In this document: piece after piece, positions 1 through 13,478 of the stretch
Position numbering within the stretch: the stretch's first letter is position 1
Layout: each line of letters starts with the position of its first letter
Origin: Hydrolagus colliei
Taxonomy: Eukaryota
Direction: 5' to 3'
Length of the DNA stretch: 64,000 nucleotides
Assembly (NCBI GenBank): GCA_035084275.1
Contig: CM068750.1
Coordinates: forward strand, 9,672,001-9,736,000
Translations under genes and position numbers: made by a program
The notes under the pieces: model-generated
What the model was told of the DNA's origin: nothing
Seen by the model: only the letters and a program-made list of their open reading frames with translations
Database searches by the model: none

Positions 1-1964
1 CGTAATTCTCTTCTAGATCACAAACCAGATCTATACTGGGTTTCAGCATTGTTTAACACCCTTTCAGTATTGAATCAACACTATACGAATATAGAATAAA
101 TGGGATATTAATATAGAACTATTACTTCTGAGTTGAAAGCAATTAGTTCCCTTTGATTTCAAGCCCAAGACGTTTCATCCAGTGGCCTTGCTGGGAACTG
201 ACAAAACTCATTCAACCATAAGATTAATTCTTTTTGCAACTATAAATTGATTTCTAAAACGTTGCCTGGTTTGGTGTTTATACCTAAAATATTCAGCTCA
301 GTTGTGAGCATATACAACTAAAGTACATATACATTAGCTCTTTCATATTAACATTCTCTGATAAATCACAATTTCTGATGTAAAACAACTTTTACACACA
401 CCATCCCATAGATAAACTTTTAAAAATGCTGACAACAGCATGTTTTTTTATAGCAACCAACCAAATAGTCTCAGAGTAAAGTACTATAACAGCAAAGCAA
501 TCAATAATGTGTGACTCATTGACTTTTCAATATTTCATACAAGGTTGCACAGAAGATCTATCCCCCCCCCCCACACACAATTGCTGTAGTCACGCCCTAA
601 CATAATACTGTACAACAGTCCTGGGTGGTTGATATATGAACTGTGAATCTGCAAACGGGATCCAACAACAAATTATCTAAAAGAAATTCTGGTTGGTTGT
701 ATAAAAAAGTTAACCAGTCACTTAAAAACAGAATACCCATACATCAGCACACACCAAAAAAGTTTCATGTTTAGCTTTATCAGTTCTGTACTCTTAAATC
801 CCAGTGTAAGCAATTCTGCTAGATCTAGGCTTAATAATAATCCTTCCATTTGCTACAATGCCTTATTATATTGAGATGTCCCAAAGTACTTCATAGAATA
901 TACTCCACAGTGGAATAACTGTATATTTTATGGGTAAAATCCACAGCCAATTGTGCACAACAGTATCCCACAACCAGTCGTGAATTGAGTAACCAAGTTA
1001 TTATTATTATGTTTTTTCCTCCATGCACACAATTGGATTCTGTTTGCCAGGGTCTGGACACCCAGCGTCCACCTACATATCAAAGCCACAATGCAGATAA
1101 ACATACATGCCACATAATGCACAAAACCAAACATCTGAGAATAGGTATGAAGAATTGGAAGAGATAAGGAAGAGAACTCTTACATTCTGATGTGCAATAG
1201 AATGCAAGCAGACCAACTCAAGATTGTACACCAAATATAACCAAATATAACACCAAATATATCATGCCAGTCTGCTTGGTCTGATGGGTATTCAAGCTAA
1301 CATGTGTGTCTCCTTTCCTGTTGTATATCATATGTTTTCCCACTCCCCAGTATCCAATTAAACTGGCATATATCCAGACACCTGCTCAATGTTTGCCTGT
1401 TTAATTGAATAATCAAGGCTAAGAAAAAATATCTGTCAAGAAGCCACACAACTAGCTTTCCCCTACAAATACAACGCATAGAAAATATCCCAATGTCCCC
1501 ATCTGTGCAAGCAGTAGACTAATAGAAGAGGGATGAAGTCAATCTTATCTGATTCACCACTTCATATTCTGATGAGAGAAAAAGGATCTTAATTATTCTC
1601 TAAGCAAAAATAAGATTAGCCACATAATAATTCCCATATAGTTCTAGCTCAATACCTGACAGTCTCCTTCTTTCTTGCCCCCACCCCCACCAAAAAAAGT
1701 TCATCACCTCTGTGATCAGATTGCCTTGGTCCCGCATTGGTGTAGCTCTGGATATATATTAACAACTCAATGTTTCAAAGTACTGTATATGTCCACAAAT
1801 ACTCTTCGCTATGAATTTTCCAGACAAGTAAATATTCTGGGACTCAATTTAGATTAGACTGGACCATTCTGAAAATAGAAGATATTTTTAAGCTGCATTC
1901 TTGAAGCTGCACTCTCCAATAAATGTTCTTTTTTGACTTTAAAGTTTGTGGGGAAAACCTGGAA

Positions 1965-2060
1965 ACCAGTTTGCACACAGCAATGTCCCACAAACAGATA
2001 TGGAGTGAGTGACCAATTTTATTTTGGGTGATCGCTGGTCAGGACACCAGTAGAAACTAA
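1965..2060 (-). mobile_element. Degenerate Deu-type SINE fragment
   Basis: ttgcacacagcaatgtcccacaaacag is the reverse complement of the body motif seen at about 3500 and 5810. Confidence 0.6.
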
Positions 2061-2147
2061 AAGGTTTTAGTAATGCTCATTATTCAATGCCACCACCCAC
2101 CCTCATTTACCTCAAGTGCAATGCAACTAATAGATACCAAGAATCTT

Positions 2148-2290
2148 AAACAAAACACAAAATACTACAGATGCTGGGAATCTGAAACAAAAAAAGAAGT
2201 TGCTGGGGAAATTCAGCACGTCAGGCAGCATCCATGGAGAGAGGAAAAAGAGTCAACGTTTCGGGTCTACAACCCTTCGTCAGAACTGGA
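2148..2290. mobile_element. Chondrichthyan-type interspersed repeat (Penelope-like terminal fragment)
   Basis: cagatgctgggaatctgaaacaaaa...tcagcacgtcaggcagcatccatggagagag...aacgtttcgggt...cccttcgtcagaactgga resembles a very common shark repeat (from recall). Confidence 0.6.
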
Positions 2291-2969
2291 CTCAGTCAAT
2301 CTTATTTGTCTCAAAAATCAATATCAAACCTCAGAAATGAAGAATGACCTTTTTTAGATACTGTATGACTACTGATAATCATAACCATTGCCAAACATGA
2401 GTCACTACCTTCAAAAGTGGAGCAGTAAGTTTTTTTTTGATTTGCAGGGTTATTTGCACAATAAATTTGCATAATAGTTGCTGCGCACACAAAAGATCTG
2501 CAGAAGAATAAAGAATTGGATCTTTTCAAAATGATAATTATATATCTATTTAATTCAACTGACAATGGATTGAACAAAGATAAGGGTTTTTTCACTGAGT
2601 TTGAACAGTTTTTTTTATTATTCTCTTTCGTAAATGTTAAGCTAACTGAGGCAATCTTTGTTATTACTAATGCCCCACCATGAAAGGTCATTGCAGTAAA
2701 ATTAAACACAGCTCAGAAGAATGGGGTGCTGCTTAATGCACCACTTAGCATTGCATTCCAAAGTGTTCTCAAACCAGACTTAAAGCTCATTGAATAAACA
2801 GAGGATATCCTTCAGCAACCTGTTGAATAAGAAAACGATGTTAACGAGTGACCTGATCTCACAACTGTTGACTGCTGAGGTCACAATTGAGTTCTGAAGG
2901 TCAGAAGTTGGAAATTTTTCATACTCAATGAATCCCTAAGGGATTTTGAATCATCATAGATCTGAGCTT

Positions 2970-3332
2970 TTCATAGTAACAGTTTTAGGCAGGCATATTC
3001 ATCCATCTAGCTACCCATCCAACATCCTAAAAGATCCACTCAACACATTTATCTTATCATACAATGACCCTGATTCCTTTTTATTTCTAAAAACTTGTCT
3101 AGTTCCTTTTTGAATCCCTTTAGAGTTCCTGTTCCACCACCACTGACATTAGTTTGTACCACAAGCATAATATCCTTTTACTAAAAATGTTTCTATTGCA
3201 TTTCCTATTTGCCTTGTTGTGCTTCTTTTAAAACTATGTCCCATTGTTACTGAATTCTCTAATATGGCAAACAAATGTATCTTTATCTAAATGTTCCAAA
3301 CCCTTCACAATTTTGAACATCTTTATCATCTT
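2970..3332 (-). mobile_element. Degenerate CR1 LINE 3' fragment, abutting the SINE at 3337
   Basis: tctagttcctttttgaa...ccaccac...ctatgtcccattgtt...cccttcacaattttgaacatctttatca, typical of the reverse strand of the CR1 ORF2 C-terminus. Confidence 0.55.
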
Positions 3333-3336
3333 TGTC

Positions 3337-3645
3337 GGAGTCCCCTGTAGCTCAGTAATTAGAGCACTCGCCTCGCAAGCGATAGGCCTGGATTTGATTC
3401 CAATCAGGCAAAACCTTGGGCAAGTTTCCTAACTCCACATGCCTGATAATAATCTCTCAAGAAACAAAATCAATAATAAGTCAGTCATTTCAATCCATGA
3501 CTGTTTGTGGGACACTGCTATGCGCAAATGGCTGCTGCGTTTCGCCCACAAAACATACATCAATTCACTTTGCAGCATATTCTTTGAAGCGATTTGTGGC
3601 ATCTAGAAGGCGTGAAAAGCGTTATATCAAATGCAAGGATTATTA
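3337..3645 (+). mobile_element. tRNA-derived SINE (Deu-type body, L2-like tail)
   Basis: Head GGAGTCCCCTGTAGCTCAGT with A box and degenerate B box GATTTGATTCC; body tgtgggacactgctatgcgcaaatggctgc; tail tatatcaaatgcaaggattatta. Confidence 0.85.
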
Positions 3646-5514
3646 ACTTCATTAGGAGAGAAGTGATTTGAAGGGTTGCAAATTATGTCACCCTTAGTCT
3701 TTTCAAGACAGAAATGTCCAAGGGTGGAGGAAATTAGGTGTTCCGCCAACATGAAAGGCTCTATACCAAATGTAACGATTATTATTATCTCTCTGTGATT
3801 TGTAAGGATATTCTAATTTGATATTCGAAGTAGAATCCCTGAGACTGTAATTCAATGTTTAAAATGTTAAACATGTATTAAACAGGATTCAAAATGCACA
3901 ATAAGTAATCTGCATGGAATTTACCAACAATCAACATGAAGCACAAACTATCTAAAGGCTCTCTAACATTTGCAGCAGTAATTATGTTAGTAAGTGTGTT
4001 CTAAGAATTGGATTACCTAATTATTTAAAACAAACATGTGTGTGTCTTTAACAACATCTTCATGAGGATTGCCAATGCATTAAACTTGAGATGAAGTAGA
4101 AACGGGCCAAGGGCTAACCATTCTTAGGATTCATTGCCCTTATTGTTTAAAGTGACAATGTAAGAATAGTTCCTACAGTGCATAATAACTGTTGGAAAAG
4201 TATCATCCAATTTGGAAAATAAGGCATTTTAAATGTTAAAAAAGATGGCTTTCAAGTATCACCACATGTGGCTGGCCTTTCAGAATCTTTTTGTCATTTC
4301 TGGGGCTATAAATGGAGCCAAAGAATGCTGGGAACTGATGCTCATATCAAAACATTATTTTGCCAGATACATTTCAGAAACATCTTGAAAACTGTATCTC
4401 TGAATAGGAATGTGTTTTCTTTTTTTAAAAAAAATCAGTTGCATCTATCGTATTTAAGAAAAAAACAAGGAGAATATTTTTTCCATAAAAGCTGAAAATT
4501 TTACCAAATTACCATTTAAAAATAAGAAAAATATCTGATGCTTTTAAGCGCTACATGAATTGATCAGATGTTTGATCAGATACAGTTTATATCAAGCAGC
4601 AACATCTGAAAGCTGTTTTACTCATGAGAAAGGTGCAGATAATTACTTTAAGGTGAAAACATACAATGGATAACTGCACAAAATAAAAAAAATCCATCAT
4701 ACTGTAACAGATAAATCATTCTGGATTAGATTAAAACAAATTGTAACCCCATTTGCGTCAGATGCCATCTACTACCATAGGAACTAGTTGGAATAGGGTT
4801 AAGTTTCTCTATAAATAAAACCCAGGAGAAGGTCTGTATATTTGTAATGACTTCAAAAGCACCCAAGACAAAGACTGATCATCTCTGTCAAAAATATGCG
4901 CATAAATTAAAAAGGGTCACTGGAATTAATAGGAATGTGTGTGAGGATTACAAAAGCTATAAAAGTGCCACGATCATTCCTGACAAATTGTGTCACCTAC
5001 ATTTATTTACAGTTTCAGATGAAAATACTACATGTTATGGGATTTTAGAGGAAAGGCAGTTTCTGAATAATATATTTGAGCCGGTCAAAAAATGATGCCC
5101 CAAAATCCTGAAGAATATCTGAAACTGGATAAGAATTTGAAAAAAACATGTCCCTGAATTTTTTTAAAAAAAGCTCATGTTCAACAAAACTGATTTTTCA
5201 ATCACACCCAAAGGACCTGTGTGATCTCATTTTGAAACAAGTGTGACTGCTACAAATTATCATATACAGTACCACAGTACAGAAAAAGGACATGTCCACA
5301 TGCTTTGTGGTTCCCTGGGGCTTTTTATTTGCACAGATAGCAGGGAAATGAATTAGCAAATATGTTTAGTGATAGAGCATATTGCTCTTTTTTTCACCCT
5401 CTTAGTATTTGTAGTTTGCAAAACCACCACATAACACCCAGCATAAAAATATGGTTAAGCATTTCTAATGCTTAATATTAAGCATTACAGCTAAAACTGA
5501 AACACTAATTGTCC

Positions 5515-5584
5515 ATCGCCTTGGGACGTCCTCCCAACGTGAAACCCGCTATACAGATGTAATTTTGTTGTTGTTATTGTTGTT
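5515..5584 (+). mobile_element. L2-like 3' tail fragment with (TTG)n
   Basis: gccttgggacgtcctcccaacgtgaaacccgctatacagatgtaattttgttgttg; related tails at about 10215, 13418 and 38515. Confidence 0.65.
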
Positions 5585-5804
5585 AAAACACAAAACCACA
5601 GAAAGATAAATCATTTTATATCTTTTTAAGGCTTGCCCACTAATGGTGGGATGGGTGGGTCAGGAGGACGTGGAACAGGCTGGAGCCTCCTGACACTATG
5701 CAACTGTAATTTTGTTGTTGTTGTTAGCTTTCCTGCTCTCCTTCCCCCTGCCCCGACCCCTCCCGTTGCCATTTTTTCCACCCCCCATTTCCCTTAATCC
5801 CACT

Positions 5805-6020
5805 TCCATGATTGTTTGTGCGACACTGCTGTGTGCAATTTGGCTGCCACGTTTCACCCACAAATACACAGTCAATTTTCCGACTCTTTTTCGTCCTGCC
5901 CCGACCCCTCACCCTTGCTCTTGTCCCTAACTAACTGTACAGTACCTTGGGACGTCATTTTGATGTGAAAGGCGCTATATAAATGTAAGTTTTTATTGAT
6001 TAATTGATTGATTGATTGAT
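5805..6020 (+). mobile_element. SINE 3' half (Deu-type body) with L2-like tail and (ATTG)n
   Basis: tgtttgtgcgacactgctgtgtgcaatttggctgcc body; cttgggacgtc...gtgaaaggcgctatataaatgtaag tail. Confidence 0.75.
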
Positions 6021-9000
6021 CTCCCCTACTTTTGGTAATTATTTCACTCAATTGGGTTTCTCACCTTCATATCATTAGTGCATTTCCAACCAAGAAGCTC
6101 AGACTAGAAGCCTACGTCCAACATGCACCAATACAGTCTACGACAGAGGCCTTGGTTGAAGATATGTGTTCTGACTTCCCTTTTGCAAGACTAGCAAAGC
6201 TCTAGAAGCTACATGCAGAGAAGCATACCAATCTTCTAACACCACCAAAACAGTTATTCTCTAAAAAGATTAACATTTATAAAATATATTTTGCTTATTA
6301 TTTTCATTTTATGCTCATCGAAGTAATGGCCATTGGAATATTTTGTTTCACCATTTTGCTCCCAGTTCAACCCTGGGTGGTCTACAGGTTGTATAGCGGA
6401 TGAATCTTCTCTGCACTGAAATCATTTATTTCTTTCAAACTTTTATTTATGTATACAAAATGCCACTGCAGTGCTCCAAAGGGTCCTAACATACACTGTA
6501 TGCTAAAGTTAATATCAAAGGCATTATTAGTTAATTGGTGCATTTAATACTTCATTAATATTAAGAAATATTCAGTAAAGGCAAATAAAGTGCAGAGGCC
6601 TAATAATCTAAACTGGACACAAAGCTTCTAAATCTTGGTGCAATTGCTTATTGCTTGTTAAATTAGACTTTGATAATAAAAATATAATAACGTGCACTTG
6701 ACACAGAACCTATAATATTGAAATATCTCAAAGTACTCTAATGGCAATTGATGTCAAGTATAGTAACTATGTGTATTCATAGGCAAATGTTTTGGCAAAG
6801 GAAGTTCAAACAGACTTGGAGCTATCGGGCTCGAAGGAACAAATTACTTTTTAGTGTCTAATGTTCTTTGTGGACAGTTGTTTCCCCCAATGACATGTGC
6901 CATGAATGAGAATTTGTTTGTACCATACTATGAAATGAGCCCCTAATGAGAGCACAGCCTGACACTGAAGTCTATGTATTGTACAATCTAGAGAATACAC
7001 ATATAGTATGCCCTTATATTACAATTGCTATATTTCTGTAAGCATAATAATAGGTATGAAGCCTTCAAAATGTAGGCATCAATGGGCAAAATTAATTGCA
7101 ACAATTGTGTGCACAAAGGAGTGATTCTGGTATGTAATTTTCCATTCTTGTAAATGTTGCATGCACGTTTTTAAGCACAATGAATGTCGACAAGCAGAGT
7201 TTCTGAGAATGTTCACAGCATAGCAGAAAAACTTGACAATAAACCCCTCAAAATGTTTCTGGTGGCTCATGTCATTACTACATTACTAGAAATGATTCAC
7301 TGCAGACGGGCAAGGTGGTGTTGCTCCTCTGTCCATTGCCATTTCAAGAATAATAACTCATATTGTGCATCAAGGAACCATGCTAGGTCACATTGAACCA
7401 CAGCTCCAAGGATGTTTCAGAAGAAATACCCACATTGTTGCACATTGGCTTCCCTCTTCAATGGTTCGTTCGCTTTCTCTTAAAAAGAAACCTTTTCCTC
7501 CCATAAGATATAGATTCTACAGTACTCAAATAAAATCCATCCACACAAATTATTATATTTGTTCAAAGCTAGAATCGTAATTTAAATTTGCTTAAGAGCA
7601 TTAAAAAAAACTTAGTATTGCTGTTCTGTCATTCTGTTCTGCTCCACTTTCATGACAGGTTCCAAATGGATTGTTAAAAGAAGGCTCATTGCACAGTATT
7701 GCTTTCAGCTGTTGTTTTGATTTTGTTACTTAGATCATTTCTATAATTTCAATGGTTATTTCCCCAATTAACCCACACTTTTATGCCTTAAAAAGTTAAC
7801 CTGAACCACTGAGGGAGGAATCATGGTATATCTGTAACTGTTTCTGATTTAAACAAATAAGGAGAGCATCTAGCTTATAATTTCACTAGGAAATGACATT
7901 TAAATAAGGTTATTACTTGGCTCAATCAAACAAATATATTTGCATTATTTAATACACTAGATGTCCTCTGGCAATTGAACAATTATTCTGCAGTTACTGT
8001 ACTATTTATTGCTTTATTTTTTCCTTTTTGAAATATCATAGCCTATTTAATACATTTGCCTCTATTGATAAAATAACACAGTGCCTAGGTTTAAGTGTAA
8101 TTTCAAATTGTCCAACTAGTAGTAATGTAAACACAGACAATCTCTGAACTAAGGTCCAGGCTGTCGTGTAGGTTGCTGTGTAGCCTGTGTCTTTTAAACA
8201 TGAATATTCAGCCTTTTGTCAGGTTTTAATAGCATCATGTAATTAAACTTTGATGAAAGAGTAATTATTTTTGTGTGTGCTCGTGGACAGAAGAGTCCAC
8301 AGAGAAGACCATTTCACGTTATAAAATAATGCTATACAGTTGGGACTAGCCTACACTCATCAGAGAAAGCAAAAACCTGGGGAGCTTTAGAAATGAGACA
8401 ATGGCAAATGTGGCTTGTAAATTGAATAACAGTATTCCTTTCATCTGTTTACATCCAATTATGTCTCTTGATACCCTTCAGTACTTTAGTTTGTTTTTAT
8501 CTACAGAGAAGCTCAAAGATTGCTGAATTAGATTCACATAACAGTGTCACAAACATGGTGTGTGCCATGTCAGGTGGATGCACAGGGCAATCAAAGAATA
8601 CAGTTCGTCCAGCATCAAGTCCCTCGTGAAGGCACAACTGGATTCAGTGACTATTATCAGTTATTGATGATCGCTAATAAGGCTGAACTGTTGAGAATTG
8701 TAATTTTCCCACCAGTTTTAAACAAGCAATATTGGGAATCTCTCTACAAATATTTCCAGTAAAATTATACAGAATCCGCAATGAAAATAAAACGGGAATG
8801 CATTGTTTTGTGTTATGAAAAAACATAGTGTAATTACTTTACAAACCAATAGTATTTTGTACTCTGCAGATAAACCTACCAGTATTATTCATCTTTGCAG
8901 CCATACTATTTCTTATCAATGCACTTAACTAAATGCAAACAAATGGGTCATTCTGCTCTGTAGAAAATTCACTTAAATGTACTACTGGTAAATGTAGAAC

Positions 9001-10129
9001 AGCCCAGCAAACAGCAATGAATTTGCAACATTTACCAAACCCAGCAGAATAAACCCTACATAATTTATTTCATTCACAAAAGAAGGTGGATACTTTTACC
9101 AGTCAGTTTTATATGTTCTGAAATATTTAACAAAATTAAGATTTGGGTTCAGTGGCATAAACAAATGATCTGTGTGCAAAGTAAAGTTTATAAAAACTGC
9201 TGCACAAAGTGTTCTTGTTATGGAGATGGAAAAAAAAAGTCCCATTTCCAAGAGACAAAAAAATGCCATGTGAAAAATGCCCTGTCCGGATAAATACTAT
9301 TTTCCTACATGTACAAACAGGAATTATTGTCTCTAAATATTTTAAGGAAACCAACAAAAAATTGGGGCATTGGTTCATCCTACTCCAACCATTGGGCATT
9401 CCTGGCATAGACCATTTAATCAATAGTCCAGACTTCTCAATCTGCTATATGAAGGAAGCTGTAAAATGAATAAGTATAATCCATGGGAGATTTTAACGAA
9501 GAAAGATAAAGTTGAATTTAGAAAAAGTAGATTATAAACTGGATTAAAAGATTATTCACAAATTTTACTTTTAATCCCAGTTTTTTTTACTATCATTCCT
9601 GACAACAGCTGCTTGATACCTAAATCTCTTTCAATCACACAAGAAGGTCAATCTTACCTGAGTAACAATAATTTTTTTTGAATAAGATGAATGTTGTTCA
9701 TTCAACAGAAGGTGTACTTATTGCAGAACTAGACGTCCGGATAGATTTCCCTCCCACCCAGATGGATCATTCCATTGCTGCATGCTCCACCTAGCAGCCC
9801 ATCTGAGAACTGATCAAATAACCCCCAAAAGCAGTAGGCAGACAAGAGTGTCAGACAAAGCTACAACTCTGAACAAAACAGCTTGGCTGGGAAGCAGGCA
9901 TTCAGCAGGTGAAAGGCTGAATTCAAATCAGTACATGTTCATTTTAAAATAATATATGAAATACACTAAATATTTACGTACATTTTGTGGTAGTTCTAAA
10001 AGTTCTAAAATATATTTTCCCCTACAACATTTACATCTTAACATTACACTGTATGTATATTTGTAAACACACCAGTAAACTAATCATCATTCCTCATGTT
10101 CGAACAATGATCTGCTTCGAACAATGACC

Positions 10130-10379
10130 CTCCTCTTCTACCATGCCATCGGTCCTCTCTTCGCTCTACCCACTCCAATCCTGCACCCAGCTCGGGTCCA
10201 AACCATTGACTGTCCAGCACCTTGGGACATCTTCCCAAAGTGAAAGGCATAAATATACAGTCAATTCACTTTACAGTATATTCTGTGAAGTGCTTTGATA
10301 TGTCGATAAGATGTGAAAAGCACTATATCAAATGCAAGGATTATTATTATAATACAAATGTAATTTTTTGTTGTTGTTG
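10130..10379 (+). mobile_element. L2-like 3' end with a nested SINE tail (about 10250-10350)
   Basis: Host cagcaccttgggacatcttcccaaagtgaaaggca...atacaaatgtaattttttgttgttg is split by cagtcaattcactttacag...aaatgcaaggattattatta. Confidence 0.7.
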
Positions 10380-13324
10380 CTTTGTGTCAATTATTATTTT
10401 CTTTTTGATATTTCCATATGGAAGGTGTTAATGTTTCACTATATTCACAAATAATGGCAAAACATATACCTTTATGATCTGGAATTACTTTACATTAAAA
10501 AAGCATCAAAGTACACTTCATCATACATTTTGCACAGGTTCATTCTGATCCATACATTCCACATGTTTCCATTATTCCATCTTGAGTATCTTATGAATTT
10601 ATTTGTATTTTATCGTTCACAAATAATTTGTACATTAATCTAGTTATATGTACATCCATGAATGATACCACTGTTGGTATCAAGAACAGTAAATAATAAA
10701 TAAGGCACAAAATTTATGCAGTCAATATATTGCTGTTGGAAGCAGAGTTGGAGTCAGACTTTTTTTTCTTAATTCAACCAATATAAATTTCATTGTACTA
10801 GCAGATCTGCTACAGAAACGGCAAATATTTACAACGGTGAAAATACAAAACACAAAAGATTAATATTTCCTTACAGAGTGGTGAACAGCTGATTAAAGAT
10901 ATCACGTGTAGTTACATCCAATAAATTGAAATATGCTTTTTTTCATTTCTACAATGTACAATTGAAACAAAGCTTTGGTTTTTCCATATGCTTTCTCTTT
11001 AAGTATCCATCGACAGAACAGAAACAATCTTGTGCATCATTGCCTTTTTCACCAATTACATAACTTTGAGTTGCCGATACACAATTCATTAAATACGCCT
11101 CAAGCATTATTTTCACTTTCAGCCTTTTCTTTCAAAATAAAAATCAAACATTTATGAAGAATTATAATTCATTTCCCCATCCTCTTTGCCTTTTCAAAAC
11201 TGATTTGTTCAGATCAGTTGTGCTTCTGAATAATTTTAGTTGATAAGAAAGTATTGATTTGGAAATGATTTGGAAGAATAATTATTTGGCCTTGCCTCTT
11301 AAGGATATTGCCTTCTTCGGTATACCATTGGTTCAAGCCTACATTACTTGTTATATGTTAATATGTACAAACTATTGGTTTTTATCATGGAAATACTTGC
11401 AGTGGCAGAAAGTTCTAAGGTTCAATTCAATTGAAAATCATTCAAAGTGTATTACGCTTCGTATAGAAATACTATATAATAGACTAGGATGTTAGCTGGT
11501 GATTAGCTCTGGAATTGTGAAGTGGAAAAGTGGAATCTCTTCCACATAGCTGATTCTGGCAAATATAGCTAAGGTATAGTAGCAATTAATACAGATACTA
11601 AAGTTTATTTATTGTGAGCATGGTCAGGGGTTAATATTTTACAGTTTTCATTCACATTGATTCTGTTCATAGTAAATACCATCCTACCATCTTATCCAGT
11701 CTAGAGAGCAATCTGTGTATTTACACTAAGTCAAGGTAGGTTTTGAAGTACATACATATTTTGAAAGACTGGCATTTTACAATTTAGTGAAGATAGAACT
11801 TTAACATCAAATATGAGATCAAGTGAAGAACCCCCTTTGGAGATCTTCTGGTAGAGAATATAGAATACCTACATTAAATTAATACAGAATTCAGGTAGCA
11901 TCCATTTTCAGGGATATGAGCAAGCAAAGATAAAGCACTGCTTCTATCTTGAGTAGATTACTTTTATGGGTAAGTGCATTTTCCCTTTTATAACTGCAGA
12001 ATTGTAGATTTAAGGATTAGCCAATGTGGGAGAAAACTTAGGAATTATATCTACCCATTAAATGATACCCATCCTCATTTTCAATGCCAAGTTTTTTTGC
12101 TTCCATTATTGTGCTATATATTTTTTAATCATTGATTTTATTAGTTATTCTGCACTTCATGCAAAATAAACTATGAGTACTGCAGAACATTCAGCAATTC
12201 CACATGTGCTAACTACTCCCAACTAAATCCCATAGCTAAGAATTACTAGTTCTGTCATGTCATGACATACAAGGCATTATCTAATGTTATGACATCCTCC
12301 ATGAATCCTTGACAATAAAGGTATAGTGAACACCACCAGTGCAAGAAATAAACACCCATCTGCCTGTCCAGGACAGGCAAAAATATGCTGGGACAGACAC
12401 AGATTTATTGTAACCCTGTCCCCAAGGCACATATGTCAGAACCTCATTATTTAACTTAAGATCATGTCACAAAGAACACGATAAAGACTACTACAGCAGA
12501 GTTTGACTCAAATGTGATTTGAGAAGGCAACAATTTGGCCTGTTGTGAAACTATTTGAGATGTCTTTGTATTTGAAAGCATTTTGATTGCTATTTAGGCA
12601 GGTAGAATTTAATTCAAATAAGCGATTGCTTCCCCATACCTGTCCTAGACAGAGGTATGCTATTCCCTATGATTTCTCTCATTTACACCCTGTCAGCTTT
12701 TAACATTTGAAATTTAAGCTTTTCTATCTCTTCAATCCACTTTTCTTGAACCTTAATTGCTTCTTACTCTTGGTGCAGTTTTATCATTACCGAGTGCTTC
12801 GCTATTTAAAGTGTGATGCAAGACAACAGCTTTGGTGATTACCAAAGTAAGGAAGTACTTACTTGAGTAAGGAAAGCAAAATGCAGCTTACGTATATTGA
12901 AATGGATGTGCCTAGCAAGTGCCGCTTATGAAGTTCCAGCTGCAAGCAACTTTTCAAATGGCCAAAAAGAAACAACAAGCGGGACACTTTTCATTCATTT
13001 GAAAAGAAGGGGACATAACAGCCATGGTTCCTGCTGCTCCTCAAAGCTATTCACCCCCACCCAGACAACCACACACAGAGAAAGTGTTTATGTGTTAATG
13101 ACAGCAAGTGAGGATAGGATGAGGACCGGCTGTGAGAATGACAGTTGAGCAAGGTGTGTGTACGTATCCCTGAAACTGTAGCTAAGCAAACACCAAGAGA
13201 GACAAAATTAAGTTTCAGCAAAGTTGTAGGTTCTGAAGGAGCTGTTGGATGGTTATGAGTTAAATATATAACATTCTATCCATCACTTCTCATGAGTATC
13301 CAGGTTACCCTAGCAAAAATATTA

Positions 13325-13478
13325 TCTTTTTTCGACCATGCCTTCAGGCACCATCCTATCTCTCTGTCCTCCCTGCACACCCCTCCCCCATGCTTGGATT
13401 CTGGCCCCTGAATGTTCAGCACCTTGGGTATCCTCCCGATGTGAAAAGCACCTACAAATGTAGTATTGTTGTTGTTGT
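13325..13478 (+). mobile_element. L2-like LINE 3' end with (TTG)n tail
   Basis: ttcgaccatgccttc...cagcaccttgggtatcctcccgatgtgaaaagcacctacaaatgtagtattgttgttgttg. Confidence 0.65.

Noticed and set aside
1229-1261. Short tandem duplications (ACCAAATATA x3; similar ones at about 10099, 17369 and 54363)
   Set aside because: Ordinary slippage micro-duplications; no repeat-spacer structure, so not CRISPR-like.
2878-2903. AGGTCA / AGTTCT / AGGTCA half-site series
   Set aside because: Only an imperfect DR2, in a repeat-rich, CpG-depleted region far from the promoter; expected by chance.
3337-3410. tRNA-like sequence with A and B boxes (also on the minus strand at about 16505-16577)
   Set aside because: It runs into a SINE body and tail and has a degenerate B box; it is a SINE head, not a tRNA gene.
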